The notes: a model not told the origin generated them from the letters alone. A stretch of DNA of 64,000 nucleotides from Anaerolineaceae bacterium 4572_78 (GCA_002084875.1 NBMH01000005.1:27284-91283); one strand, 5' to 3'. Numbered from the stretch's first letter, positions 9,687 through 19,630 are shown. Program-made: numbers and translations.

Positions 9687-11139
9687 TCATTTCTGCTTTT
9701 CTTTTTTAGAACGCAACATCCTTTGACGTACCCCAAACCATCCCTTAGCAATTATGCCTGCCAACCATTCAGGTTTGGGATGTTCTAAAATTTCCCATTC
9801 ATCCAATCCCATGCTCGCTAAAATACCATTGGCAGCGGCAATGCCAGTTGTAACAGAGCGTTCCAAGTAAAGTGGCGGGGCGGGATGATAAATCCAATCG
9901 CCGCAAGCAAACATGTTTTTCCATGGAGTATTAACAGCTAAATGCTTACCTGGCTCACCTACGCTGAATATGGTTTGAGTGGGGTCATTTCGTTGAATTG
10001 TGCTGTGGACGAGATGTCCTCGCAATTCGGGAAAAGCTCGATGTATGTCGGTTATCACTCTTGCCAATAAAACAGCATCGGGTAGCTCGACCTCTTTAAG
10101 AGGACGGTAGATGTGCATTTCGACGATACTCCCTCCAATATCTTCCCATTTCTTATAATCGTCGAATATCCGCTCTAGCCAAAAAAAGTTATCCATCAAA
10201 AAATCACCCGTAAAAATGCCTGCTTCTGCGATGGGAGCAGGTTTTTTATCGAACCACAAGCGAAATATGACCGTTGAGACTGCATCGGGAAATTGCATGT
10301 TCTCGGTTATTTCTGCTGTGGTATCACTGTTGCTTAATAGCTTTTCGGTGGCAGGTGAATCTAAGGCTAACACAACATGACTAGCTTGCACTTTGTACTG
10401 TTGTTCTTGAAGTTGATAAGTAACTTGCCATGTATCATCATTTTTTCCTTTTGCCATGTCAATAGCAGTGGCTGCCATGCGGATTTTACATCCACCTAAA
10501 CGAGCAACTTTTGCCAATGGTTCTGCAAGATACGTACCACCACTTGTCGGCATGTAATCATAAGCCCAAGCATCACGCCGTAATAGAGTATAAAATCGAA
10601 GGAAGGCGATAAAACTTGAGGCTGGAATTTCATCGGCACTACCAGCTAAAGCATTACGAGCTAAACCACGAAAGAAACTTTGCATTGTCGGCGACCATCC
10701 ATTCATGAAATCTGCTAAGGTCATGGGATAAAGTGATTTATGCTCAGCAATAGGGTCAATTGCCATAGCTGAAAAGAGACTGCCCATCACACGAAATAGC
10801 GAGGCAAAATCGCGAAGGGTCAGGATATTCATGAATCGAGGGCGAGCAAACAATTGCAAATAATGAAACGGAGCAGGAATAATGCTGTTACGAATAGCAC
10901 TGCCCATTTCTACTTTGCGGATTTTCTTGCCCCGCCCATAAATCCATGTCTCTTCTTTAGCAGGAATAAGTGCGGGGTGGATATTAAATTTTGTCAGCAC
11001 GTGGCTCGGCTTCTAGCATAAGAGGTTTTATCCCTCTTTCAACTAAATGCACCGCACAAATAAGACCAGCAATACCGCCTCCTATAATGATAACAGGGGT
11101 AGTTTGTTTTTTAGAATTAGAATGTTTTTGTATTAGCAT
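9687..11139 (-). pseudogene. FAD-dependent oxidoreductase (amine oxidase / phytoene desaturase-like) with its Rossmann N-terminus in a different frame from the body
   Basis: A 51-codon ORF at 10984-11139 starts 5 nt after the kinase stop. It encodes MLIQKHSNSKKQTTPVIIIGGGIAGLICAVHLVERGIKPLMLEAEPRADKI*, which carries GxGxxG followed by the acidic end of beta-2. The 437-aa body (9687-11000, GTG start) is in another frame and ends with the typical ..FACGDW.. C-terminal FAD motif. Confidence 0.6.
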
Positions 11140-11144
11140 GTTTT

Positions 11145-13190
11145 TTACCTTGATGTGAGTAGGTATTGTTCAAGCAATGTTATAATTTCTTCATCTTTGA
11201 ACTGTTTAGCTAACTCAATTAATGTATTAGCAAAAGGAACGTACTGTTCATCTATTTGGGCAATACGAGCAGATTCTGTGTTAATAGATTCCATATCACC
11301 AATTACGGCTAACTCATGCAATATTACTATTTCGTTATAAGTAGGGAGCACTAGTCGTTTTTCTTCTATTGATAAAGCATGATGATTCGCCACAACATTA
11401 CCAAATACTGATTTGGGTGTATCATCAGTTTTAATAATACTATCCAATTGCATGGTAAATTTCACTGTCGTACCTTTACCAAACTCACTCTCCACCCAAA
11501 TCTTACCACCATTTTTTTCTATCATCTCCTTGCACATAATCAAGCCTAGACCTGTGCCTGCTTCTTTATTTGTGCCTGTTGTGGAGTGATGCACATCAAT
11601 ATGAAACAATTTGTCAATGTCTTTAGGTTTAATACCAACTCCTGTATCATTAACATGCACTTCAACAAAATGCTCGTCCCATGTTTCCATCTCCTTCAAA
11701 GGTAAGGGGCTAGTGATGGGGTTGATACCAATTTTCACTTGTCCGCCACTTGGAGTAAATTTCACAGCATTATTGATTAGGTTGCGAATAACAGTATCAA
11801 TCATATCCCTATCAGCATACACAAAAATAGTATCACTTAAGGTCGCAGATAGGCTAATATTCTTTGACCTTGCATTTTCACCCAAGAGTGAAACATTGTC
11901 TTGCACAATATCATTCAGGTTAAACCGTTTTGGTTCAAAGGTAATTCGTCCCATTTGTATCCTTGCCCAAGCTAGTAAATTTTCGAGAAGGTTATACACA
12001 TTTTTGGCAGAGCAATGAATGGCATACCCTACCTTTTCAATATCTTCATGAGAACTGGTACGTACTATTCCCGGTAACATTTCTGATAAACCCATTAACG
12101 GTAAAAACGGACCACGTAAATCATGAGCAACGATTGAAAAAAATTTATCTTTACTAGCATTGAGTTCAGCTAAATCATGGGCTCGGATTTCTTCCATCTG
12201 GCGTAGTTTTTTTTCAAATTCATATAAGCGGGCATTACGAATGGCAATGGCAATTTGATTAGCTAAAGTTTGTAATACCATCTGTTCCTCGTCATCAAAT
12301 GCCGCTATTTGGTCTCCTTGTATATCCAACACGCCAATCATTTCTTGCCCTACTTGCAACGGCAGGGTTAATTCTGAAGCGGTTTCAGGCAAGGTATCCA
12401 TTGCTAAATATTTGTCATCAGTTATGACATTATCCGACAGGTAAGGTTGTTTACTATAACATACCAAAGTAATAATGCTGTGAGGTACATCTGTTGAAAT
12501 TTGCATTCCATGTGGCGGTAATTGTCCTTTTGTACGTCCCTTACGGGCATGCAGTACCACTGCATCATGCTGTTCGGTTAATAGCCAAACCCCGACAAAG
12601 TAATAACCAAATTTGGATTGAATCAATATCACTATCTCTAACAATAATGTATCCAAATCTAGAATCGATGTTACCTGTTGTCCTACTTCGCTACTTGCTT
12701 CTAGTCGCAATGCTCTTTTGGTAAGAAGTGCATTTGCTTGTTGCAACCGCGTATTTTGTTCTTGGAGTTGCCTAGCCTGTTTTTGAATTTGTAGATGGGT
12801 AGTGATTCGAGCTAAGACCTCCTCATGCTGAATTGGTTTGGTGATGTAATCTACCCCCCCGACTAGAAACCCTTTGACTTTATCCTCAATATCTGTCAAG
12901 GCGGTCATGAAAATTACTGGAATGGAATTCGTTGATTCATGTGATTTTAAGCGGCGACAAACTTCAAAACCATCAATACCTGGCATCATTACATCTAGCA
13001 GAATCAGGTCGGGTTGGGCTTGAGCAATTCGGAGTCCATGCTCACCATCACGAGCAGCCATCACATCAAAGCCGCAATCCTCCAGATATTCTGCTATTAC
13101 ACCCAAGTTAGCGGGGTTATCATCGACGATTAAAATGGTAAATTCTTTGAAATTAAGTTTTGATGTTGTGTTCATATTTCGATTATCCAT
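11145..13190 (-). CDS. Hybrid sensor: receiver (REC), GAF, HisKA and HATPase_c histidine kinase
   Basis: 681 aa. REC motifs ILIVDDNPANL..DLILLDVMMPGIDG..ITKP. A GAF-like middle region. H-box FFSIVAHDLRGPF. N/G boxes NLINNAVKFTP, DTGVGI and GTGLGLIMCKEMIEKNGGKIWVES. Confidence 0.85.
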   Translation of the reverse strand: MDNRNMNTTSKLNFKEFTILIVDDNPANLGVIAEYLEDCGFDVMAARDGEHGLRIAQAQPDLILLDVMMPGIDGFEVCRRLKSHESTNSIPVIFMTALTDIEDKVKGFLVGGVDYITKPIQHEEVLARITTHLQIQKQARQLQEQNTRLQQANALLTKRALRLEASSEVGQQVTSILDLDTLLLEIVILIQSKFGYYFVGVWLLTEQHDAVVLHARKGRTKGQLPPHGMQISTDVPHSIITLVCYSKQPYLSDNVITDDKYLAMDTLPETASELTLPLQVGQEMIGVLDIQGDQIAAFDDEEQMVLQTLANQIAIAIRNARLYEFEKKLRQMEEIRAHDLAELNASKDKFFSIVAHDLRGPFLPLMGLSEMLPGIVRTSSHEDIEKVGYAIHCSAKNVYNLLENLLAWARIQMGRITFEPKRFNLNDIVQDNVSLLGENARSKNISLSATLSDTIFVYADRDMIDTVIRNLINNAVKFTPSGGQVKIGINPITSPLPLKEMETWDEHFVEVHVNDTGVGIKPKDIDKLFHIDVHHSTTGTNKEAGTGLGLIMCKEMIEKNGGKIWVESEFGKGTTVKFTMQLDSIIKTDDTPKSVFGNVVANHHALSIEEKRLVLPTYNEIVILHELAVIGDMESINTESARIAQIDEQYVPFANTLIELAKQFKDEEIITLLEQYLLTSR

Positions 13191-13307
13191 TATACAACAT
13201 TGTATTCATTTCTAATAATTGTTCTAACTTTCTAGTTTACCACACGGTGTCTGCTTTTGAAAAATTTTCTAGTACTGAACAGCCATGGTCATTTACCACC
13301 TCTATTT

Positions 13308-15704
13308 TTAAGGAAGAGGGGTAGGTATTGAAGTCGAAAGGGTGAGATTACTGATTCCGACCCGAACAACTGAAATCTTTTCATTCCCCGATTTATCACG
13401 AACAACAAGACGAATCGTGTAGGTTCTATTGCTAAGTGTGTTGGTATTCCAAATATAAAGTGTTTCCCCTTCAACTCTTGTGGTTTGAGGTTCGTTTGTC
13501 AGCGGCACAAAACCTTGAGGGTCCACACCTTGTCCTATTTCAACAACATAATGAGCAAAATCATCTCCCGAGGCAGTCCCATATAATTTGACTGTCTCTT
13601 GTAACGTTTGACCATCGCTGGGTGAAATGATATTTGCTACAAGGTTAGTATCGGTGCTTGTTGTTTCTCCTTCGGGATTAGGTAATTGATTAGAGACAAA
13701 TGGGTCAAGACGGCGATTGTTGGGACAATCATTTTCTGATGCGGGAAGCATGCGTGTGTAGGCACACACTTCCATCTCGACAATACCAGACGGGCGAGCA
13801 AATTCCTTAACAGGTTTGCCTTCATGAAACCGCTCCATAAACTCATGCCAAATTGGTGCTGCCCCACTTAAACCTGTTGTTCCCTGCATGGGAGAGTAAT
13901 TAGCATTGCCAACCCACACCCCAATCACCACATCGGGTGTATAACCAAATGTGAGATTATCACGAAAATCATTTGTTGTTCCAGTTTTAGCAGCCGATGG
14001 GCGTGATAACTTAAGAGGACTATTAGGTCCAAATTCGATAGTTCGAGCATCATTGTCCGATAAAATACTGGTCATCAAATAAACATGTTGAGAATGCAAA
14101 ACCTGTTCAGGTTTAGGCGGCGGCGGGGTAATGTCGTTATCAGCACTATCGAAAACTTTACCGATAGCATGAGGCTTGATTTTCAGTCCTTCATTAGCTA
14201 ACACTTGATAAGCTCCCGTCATTTCTACTAATGGGATTTCACCTGAACCTAGTGCCAATGACAAGCCATAATACTGTCTGGTCAATGTTGTTACTCCTAA
14301 ACGAGTTGCCATTTCCTTAAGAGCCTCGATTCCAACAAAATCAAGTGTTTTCACTGCGGGAATGTTATACGAATTTGCCAATGCAATCCGAAGTGAAACA
14401 GGCCCATGAAATTCAAGGTCATAATTGATAGGCTCATAAAATCCACCCATGCCATCAGGATAAGTGGTGCGAACATCCATAATCATTGTTGCAGGTGTCC
14501 ATCCTCGTTCAAAGGCGGCTAGATAAACAAGGGGCTTAATTGCCGAACCAGGTTGACGAGGACTAACAGCCATGTTGACTTGCCCAGCAATAACATTATT
14601 CCAAAAGTCTTTGCTACCGACCATAGCCAAAATCTGACCACTTTGTGGGCTAATCGCAACTAAGGCACCATTGGTCACGTTTTTACTAGCAAGCTCATTA
14701 ACCTTTTCTGCTACCACTTCTTCAGCCATTGCTTGTATTTGAGCATCAAGAGTGGTTTGAATTTTCAAGCCTGCTTCGTATACACTGCTATAGCCTTCAG
14801 GTGGATTTGCCTCCAATTCGGCTAAGACATAGCTAACAAAGTGAGGAGCATCAAGTTTATAAGATGGATAAATTAACTGTTCAAAAACAGGCTCTTGCAT
14901 AGCCATTTGTGCTTCTTGTTCGTTAATATATCCAGCTTCGACCATCAAGCTAAGCACAATTTCTTGGCGACGACTGGCTCGTTCTTTGAACGAATACGGG
15001 TCATAAAAAGCTGGGCTTTGTGGTAAACCAGCTAAAAGTGATGCTTCTGCTAAGGTCAAGGCTCTGGCAGATTTGGCGATACCCACCGCATCATCAGGCA
15101 ATGGTGGAGCCGCTAATGGCTCTTTTCCAAAGTATGTTTGACTAGCAGCTTCAATGCCATAAGCTAGATTGCCATAATAAGTTTGGTTGAGGTACACCTC
15201 TAAAATTTGGTCTTTGCTGTATTCGTTGTTAAGTTTAATAGCTAAAAATCCCTCTCGAATTTTTCGGGTCAAGTTTCGTTCTGTACGTTCTTCTTGAGAT
15301 AAAAGAACATTACGGGCGACTTGCTGGGTGATGGTGCTTGCCCCTGATACAATTTCTCCTTCAGTAGTGTTGTAATAAAATGCTCGTAAAATAGCTATGA
15401 AATCAATTCCAACATTGTGAAATTCATAAAAGTTACGGTCTTCGGTGGCGATAGTAGCATGTTTCAAATCTTCGGAAATCTTGTCCAAAGGAACATAAGT
15501 TCGCCGCCCAAAATTAGGGTCATTAACCTCCCACAATAATTCACCATTACGACCATAAATACTGGTGGTTTGGAATTGAAATTGTTGCTCTATCAATTGG
15601 TCATGGGGTGGAAGGTCAACAGTAAAGGTGTCATAAGCCTGATAAGCCGCACATGACGCTCCACAAACAACAACGAGTATTATAATCAAAATTATAGTTA
15701 GCAT
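13308..15704 (-). CDS. Class A penicillin-binding protein (GT51 transglycosylase plus transpeptidase) with a C-terminal beta-rich extension
   Basis: 798 aa with an N-terminal anchor. GT51 motifs ATEDRNFYEFHNVG and GASTITQQVARN. Transpeptidase motifs GSAIKP (SxxK), SYN (SxN) and KTGTT. Confidence 0.9.
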   Translation of the reverse strand: MLTIILIIILVVVCGASCAAYQAYDTFTVDLPPHDQLIEQQFQFQTTSIYGRNGELLWEVNDPNFGRRTYVPLDKISEDLKHATIATEDRNFYEFHNVGIDFIAILRAFYYNTTEGEIVSGASTITQQVARNVLLSQEERTERNLTRKIREGFLAIKLNNEYSKDQILEVYLNQTYYGNLAYGIEAASQTYFGKEPLAAPPLPDDAVGIAKSARALTLAEASLLAGLPQSPAFYDPYSFKERASRRQEIVLSLMVEAGYINEQEAQMAMQEPVFEQLIYPSYKLDAPHFVSYVLAELEANPPEGYSSVYEAGLKIQTTLDAQIQAMAEEVVAEKVNELASKNVTNGALVAISPQSGQILAMVGSKDFWNNVIAGQVNMAVSPRQPGSAIKPLVYLAAFERGWTPATMIMDVRTTYPDGMGGFYEPINYDLEFHGPVSLRIALANSYNIPAVKTLDFVGIEALKEMATRLGVTTLTRQYYGLSLALGSGEIPLVEMTGAYQVLANEGLKIKPHAIGKVFDSADNDITPPPPKPEQVLHSQHVYLMTSILSDNDARTIEFGPNSPLKLSRPSAAKTGTTNDFRDNLTFGYTPDVVIGVWVGNANYSPMQGTTGLSGAAPIWHEFMERFHEGKPVKEFARPSGIVEMEVCAYTRMLPASENDCPNNRRLDPFVSNQLPNPEGETTSTDTNLVANIISPSDGQTLQETVKLYGTASGDDFAHYVVEIGQGVDPQGFVPLTNEPQTTRVEGETLYIWNTNTLSNRTYTIRLVVRDKSGNEKISVVRVGISNLTLSTSIPTPLP

Positions 15705-15847
15705 TTTTAATATTCTCCTACATGCTAAAAAATTAAATTGTGAGTCTCTTTTATTGTACTAGTAATTAAATAGTAAGGCAAACGATTTAGAATAGGATTA
15801 AGAATTTAAGCGGATAAGAAACTCATGGCTCTTTGTGAATTGAAATC

Positions 15848-16002
15848 CACTCTCCCTCTGGGAGAGGGCTAGGTGTAGGGCTAGGGCTGTTAAACGCTGT
15901 TTTTTGACAAGATAAACTGGAGGGTCAAAGCTTGCTTTGACATGAAAAAAAGCAAGCTTTTTCGCTCCACTGTATGACCACATGTAAGGGCGTATGGCCA
16001 TA
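15848..16002. repeat. Composite element: R3 hairpin, degenerate TIR, a full R1 core with both arms and a partial R4
   Basis: CTCTCCCTCTGGGAGAGGG, then GGGCTGTTAAACGCTG, then TTTTTTGACAAGATAAACTGGAGGGTCAAAGCTTGCTTTGACATGAAAAAAAGCAAGCTTTTTCGCTCCA, then GTAAGGGCGTATGGCCATAG. Confidence 0.85.
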
Positions 16003-16144
16003 GCTTTATCTTTTGCACTCCTTATTTGACGATTGAGGTGGCTAAGGGTAAAATGCAAGGAAAATTGACATCATGGTAAATTATTATGTTCACACAAAAC
16101 AATCGCATGGCAAAAGCAAAATCCCTATAATTTGGAGTTAATCA

Positions 16145-17974
16145 GTGTCACAACAATCACTAACGGAAAGTAAATTTCATCTGTTCGTCAAGCAGCATCA
16201 ACTCATTTTCAGAAAACAGAAGCCATTTTGGTTTGCTACCATTCCCATAGTTATCGCAAACATTGCGACTTTGTTTTTTTTAGTTTTGGAATATGAACAA
16301 GACTGGCAGTGGCAATATTTGGTATTGAACGGAACAATTGCTACTATGCTGATAATTTGTATTGGTGGTTGGTGGCTTGTCTATGCTCATGACAATATAA
16401 GATATGCAGTTACAATGATTGTTACTGCTCAATTTGTTACTCAAATAGTGGTATCATTTCTCATAGCCGATTATTGGTTAATTGGGCTGATGACTTTACT
16501 TATTGTCCCTTTTGAAATCGGAGTTGCATACCGCTCACGTCGCACGTTACTTTACACTATTTTGACCTTATTGGGCATAGCTGTAATAATAACCGCTGAT
16601 ATATTTGAACCTGTCAAAGCATTGACCTTTTTTCATGATTTTCCGCAAGTTACTACTACCATCATTATTTTTTTTGTCATTGACCTATTATTCCTAATTT
16701 TTCTTTTATGGTATTTTCGTTTACGAAAAACCTCTCCCTACCACATCCCGCTTGAACTTGTAACACAGCTTTCATTTCTTTTAATTGTAACCTCGACCAT
16801 GTCGGTGATAATAGTTACATCAGTTTTGCTTATACATATCCGAAGTTCTCAAATTCAACAAATCGGAATCGAATGTTACACAAATGTTTCCATCAAAAAA
16901 GTGACAAACTCTACTAAAATTGCGGTACTCGTTGGGGTATCAGTCATGGGGATAGTCTTAATGATAGCCATGATAACTGCCAGGATGATTGTTCAACCAA
17001 TTAAAAATTTAACAAGAGTAGCCTGTCTAACTGAGCAAGAATACTTTGATGAACAAGTTATCCCCGCAGGGTCTGCTGAAATGATTACACTGGCAGAAAC
17101 ATTCAACACTTTAACTAATCGCATTAACGGTCTAGTTGAAGGTTTAGAGAACAAAGTGGTTGAACGAACAGTGGAACTTCAAGAATTGAATAATCAACTA
17201 AAATCCGAATTGCATCTAGCACATGAAATACAGCAAGGATTGCTTCCGCCTCCTAATCCGAAATTTCCACATGTGGAAGTGATATGTTATTCTGTTCCTG
17301 CCCGTGAAGTAGGCGGCGATTTTTACGATTACCATATTTTTGACCTACCCCGAAATTCTAATCTTATTGGGAAGTATGCTTTTGCTGTGGGCGATGTTCT
17401 GGGAAAAGGTGTTTCGGCGGCATTGCTCATGGCTGCCAGCCTGGCTCAATTGGATGCCTGTCTAACTCAGGATTTATCTCCTTCAAAACGCCTAGTATTT
17501 TTAGATAAAGTGATTGAACCTTATTCATTATCGCACCGCCAAAATTGTGCTTTGTGTTATATGGAGGTGGAGATTAGGAGTCAGGAGTCAGAGGGTGTGG
17601 GTCATGATTCTTATCTTCGCGTTGCTAATGCAGGTTGTATCCCACCGTACATTAAAAGAGTAAATGGTTCAGTTGAGTGGTGTAAAGTGGGAGGATTTGC
17701 ATTAGGGCAAGGATTAGGCTCTAAATTTGGCTATCCTGAATTGCAGGTTTCTCTTGCCAAAGGAGACATGATTATTTTAATCAGCGATGGTGTGGTGGAA
17801 GCTACCGCAGATGAAAATACTATTTTTGGTTATGACCGTTTGCAATCTGCAATTGAAGCCGCTCCCAGCACCAACCCTAAATCCATGCTCAAATACATCT
17901 TAACTGAAGTAGATGCTTTTGTAGGTGAAGCGGAACCAAGTGATGACTCAACTATTGTTATTGTGCAGTTATAG
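16145..17974 (+). CDS. Membrane sensor with HAMP and PP2C-type (SpoIIE/RsbU-like) phosphatase domains
   Basis: 609 aa. About 8 N-terminal helices, then a HAMP-like PIKNLTRVA..TFNTLTNRINGLV segment and a coiled coil. PP2C motifs AHEIQQGLLPP, REVGGDFYDY, GDVLGKGVSAALLMA and SDGVVEA. Confidence 0.8.
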   Translation: MSQQSLTESKFHLFVKQHQLIFRKQKPFWFATIPIVIANIATLFFLVLEYEQDWQWQYLVLNGTIATMLIICIGGWWLVYAHDNIRYAVTMIVTAQFVTQIVVSFLIADYWLIGLMTLLIVPFEIGVAYRSRRTLLYTILTLLGIAVIITADIFEPVKALTFFHDFPQVTTTIIIFFVIDLLFLIFLLWYFRLRKTSPYHIPLELVTQLSFLLIVTSTMSVIIVTSVLLIHIRSSQIQQIGIECYTNVSIKKVTNSTKIAVLVGVSVMGIVLMIAMITARMIVQPIKNLTRVACLTEQEYFDEQVIPAGSAEMITLAETFNTLTNRINGLVEGLENKVVERTVELQELNNQLKSELHLAHEIQQGLLPPPNPKFPHVEVICYSVPAREVGGDFYDYHIFDLPRNSNLIGKYAFAVGDVLGKGVSAALLMAASLAQLDACLTQDLSPSKRLVFLDKVIEPYSLSHRQNCALCYMEVEIRSQESEGVGHDSYLRVANAGCIPPYIKRVNGSVEWCKVGGFALGQGLGSKFGYPELQVSLAKGDMIILISDGVVEATADENTIFGYDRLQSAIEAAPSTNPKSMLKYILTEVDAFVGEAEPSDDSTIVIVQL

Positions 17975-17995
17975 TTTTCCTAAGAATCATCAAAA

Positions 17996-18029
17996 CCTGG
18001 AGCGTCAAAGCTTGCTTTGACGCTCCAGG
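17996..18029. repeat. Short-form R1: 34-nt palindrome CCTGGAGCGTCAAAGCTTGCTTTGACGCTCCAGG
   Basis: 16-nt arms around a TT centre (effectively a 15-bp stem with a 4-nt loop). It lies 22 nt after the phosphatase stop, with no U-tract. Confidence 0.9.
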
Positions 18030-18074
18030 TAACTTTGACCTTCCAAAACATTCATACAAAAAAATAATCCGAAT

Positions 18075-18103
18075 TTGACAAAAAAGTAAAAAAATCGTAC
18101 AAT
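18075..18103 (+). promoter_or_regulatory. Consensus sigma-70-type promoter TTGACA-17 nt-TACAAT
   Basis: TTGACA at 18075-18080 and TACAAT at 18098-18103, with an exact 17-nt A-rich spacer. It lies 105 nt upstream of the ATG at 18208. Confidence 0.5.
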
Positions 18104-18132
18104 GGCTGTGATTTAAAATTCAATAGAGAATT

Positions 18133-18190
18133 AAAGCTTGTTTTGACAGTCACGGCAAGCATTGACACTCCAAATTTTTATGACCATGTA
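18133..18190. repeat. Degenerate R1 copy in the thiB leader
   Basis: AAAGCTTGTTTTGACAGTCACGGCAAGCATTGACACTCCA, then TTTATGACCATGTA. Confidence 0.6.
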
Positions 18191-18207
18191 AATAAGGAGT
18201 ATTTTCT

Positions 18208-19290
18208 ATGAAAAAATTTTTGGTTTTAGTTTTTATTTTTGTGTTAGTAGGTTGTGGTGGAATGCAACCAGAAACAGGTACTCAGCCTGAAAAGGATCAA
18301 CCGCTCCCAACTTCTGCGGGACCTGTCACTATTCGCTTGATGACCCATGATAGCTTTAGCATCACCGAAGATGTGCTAAAACAATTCATTGATGAAACAG
18401 GCATTAAGGTTGAAATTTTCAAGGGAGGCGATGGTGGCTCAATTGTGAATCAGGCTATTTTAAGTAAAGATGATCCGCTTGCCGATGTTGCGTTTGGGAT
18501 AGATAGCACCTTTTTTAGCCGAGCCATTGAAGGTGATATTTTTATACCTTACGAGTCACCTGAATTAGCAAACCTAGATGACTCGCTCAAGTTAGACCCT
18601 GAAAATAGGCTTATCCCAGTTGATTTTGGGGATGTGTGCTTGAATTATGATAAGGGCTGGTTTGCTAATAGCGAGCTTGACCCCCCAAGTAGCCTTGATG
18701 ATTTAGTTGACCCTGCTTATGCAAATTTAACCGTCGTGGAAAATCCAGCCACATCAACACCAGGACTATCTTTTTTGTTCACCACAATTAGCGTTTATGG
18801 TGAAGATGGGCATTTAGATTATTGGAAAAAATTGGTAGATAACGGAGTGGTTATCACCGATGGTTGGAAAGATGCATATTGGGGATATTTCTCAGCCGCT
18901 TCTGATGGCGACCGCCCTATTGTGGTCAGTTATGCTAGTAGCCCACCCGCAGAAGTGTTTTATGCGGAAAACCCACCTGAAGAAGCACCTACTGCCGCCG
19001 TTGTCAGCGATGACACATGCTTCCGCCAAATTGAGTTTGTGGGTATCTTAAAGGGTGCCAAGCATGAAGCTGAAGCTCAAAAGCTAGTTGATTTCATGCT
19101 TAGCACAAAATTCCAAGAGGATATTCCCTTACAGATGTTTGTCTATCCCGCAAACCAAAAGGCTCAACTGCCCGATGTGTTTGTCAAGCATAGCCTCACC
19201 CCTGATAATCCTGTTACCCTTAAACCCGAAGTGATTACGGCTAATCGGGAAAACTGGATTACAAATTGGACGGAAACGGTCTTGCGTTAG
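18208..19290 (+). CDS. thiB: Thiamine-type ABC transporter substrate-binding lipoprotein (TbpA/ThiB family)
   Basis: 360 aa with lipobox LVGCGG. NPATSTPGLSFL, VSYASSPPAE and the C-terminal WITNWTETV align with what I recall of E. coli TbpA (DPRTSTPGLGLL, LSYTTSPA, WISEWQRAV). No permease or ATPase gene is adjacent. Confidence 0.75.
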   Translation: MKKFLVLVFIFVLVGCGGMQPETGTQPEKDQPLPTSAGPVTIRLMTHDSFSITEDVLKQFIDETGIKVEIFKGGDGGSIVNQAILSKDDPLADVAFGIDSTFFSRAIEGDIFIPYESPELANLDDSLKLDPENRLIPVDFGDVCLNYDKGWFANSELDPPSSLDDLVDPAYANLTVVENPATSTPGLSFLFTTISVYGEDGHLDYWKKLVDNGVVITDGWKDAYWGYFSAASDGDRPIVVSYASSPPAEVFYAENPPEEAPTAAVVSDDTCFRQIEFVGILKGAKHEAEAQKLVDFMLSTKFQEDIPLQMFVYPANQKAQLPDVFVKHSLTPDNPVTLKPEVITANRENWITNWTETVLR

Positions 19291-19307
19291 TTTTATATTT
19301 GAATTTT

Positions 19308-19357
19308 GTAGCCGCAATTTCCAATGACGATGCTATGTGGTTGGAAATCGCGGCTAC
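19308..19357 (+). terminator. Long hairpin between thiB and secG: 17-bp stem with one A.C mismatch and a 16-nt loop
   Basis: GTAGCCGCAATTTCCAA (19308-19324) pairs with TTGGAAATCGCGGCTAC (19341-19357). A T-rich stretch follows about 10 nt later. It overlaps the 5' end of track ORF 19337, which argues for a later secG start. Confidence 0.4.
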
Positions 19358-19402
19358 GTGTTCAAAATCTTTTTCTTTAAAGTTATAGGAGTATTAAAAG
19401 CT

Positions 19403-19630
19403 TTGAATTTTTCATTACAAATTATAGAAATAATTTTATCTGTTGTTATCACCGTCCTGGTACTATTACAAGGTAAAGGTGGTGGCTTAGGTGGTATTTT
19501 TGGAAGTGACTCAGGTGGTGCATTTCGTACCAAGCGTGGGGCAGAGAAAATCATTTTTCAATCCACAATTGGTTTAAGTGCCTTGTTTTTTTTGAATGTG
19601 TTTTTTATTATTGCCACAGCTCCACGTTAA
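19403..19630 (+). CDS. secG: Preprotein translocase subunit SecG
   Basis: The track ORF is 19337-19630. The SecG-like part (two helices flanking the Gly-rich QGKGGGLGGIFGSDSGGAF loop) begins near an in-frame TTG at 19403, preceded by AGGAG at 19387-19391. The start is uncertain. Confidence 0.8.
   Translation: MNFSLQIIEIILSVVITVLVLLQGKGGGLGGIFGSDSGGAFRTKRGAEKIIFQSTIGLSALFFLNVFFIIATAPR

Noticed and set aside
17572-17600. AGGAGTC heptamer duplication (..ATTAGGAGTCAGGAGTCAGAGGGTGTGGGT..) inside the PP2C domain, as another in-frame repeat-element insertion.
   Set aside because: There are only about 2.4 copies and the resemblance to the R3 modules is weak. The segment (EIRSQESEGVGH) falls in a region of PP2C domains that is naturally variable, so I cannot distinguish an insert from ordinary sequence.
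18030-18207. TPP (THI-box) riboswitch upstream of the thiamine-type binding protein gene.
   Set aside because: No CTGAGA core or ACCTGATCTGGATAATGCCAGCG-like segment is present. The leader instead contains a degenerate R1 repeat.
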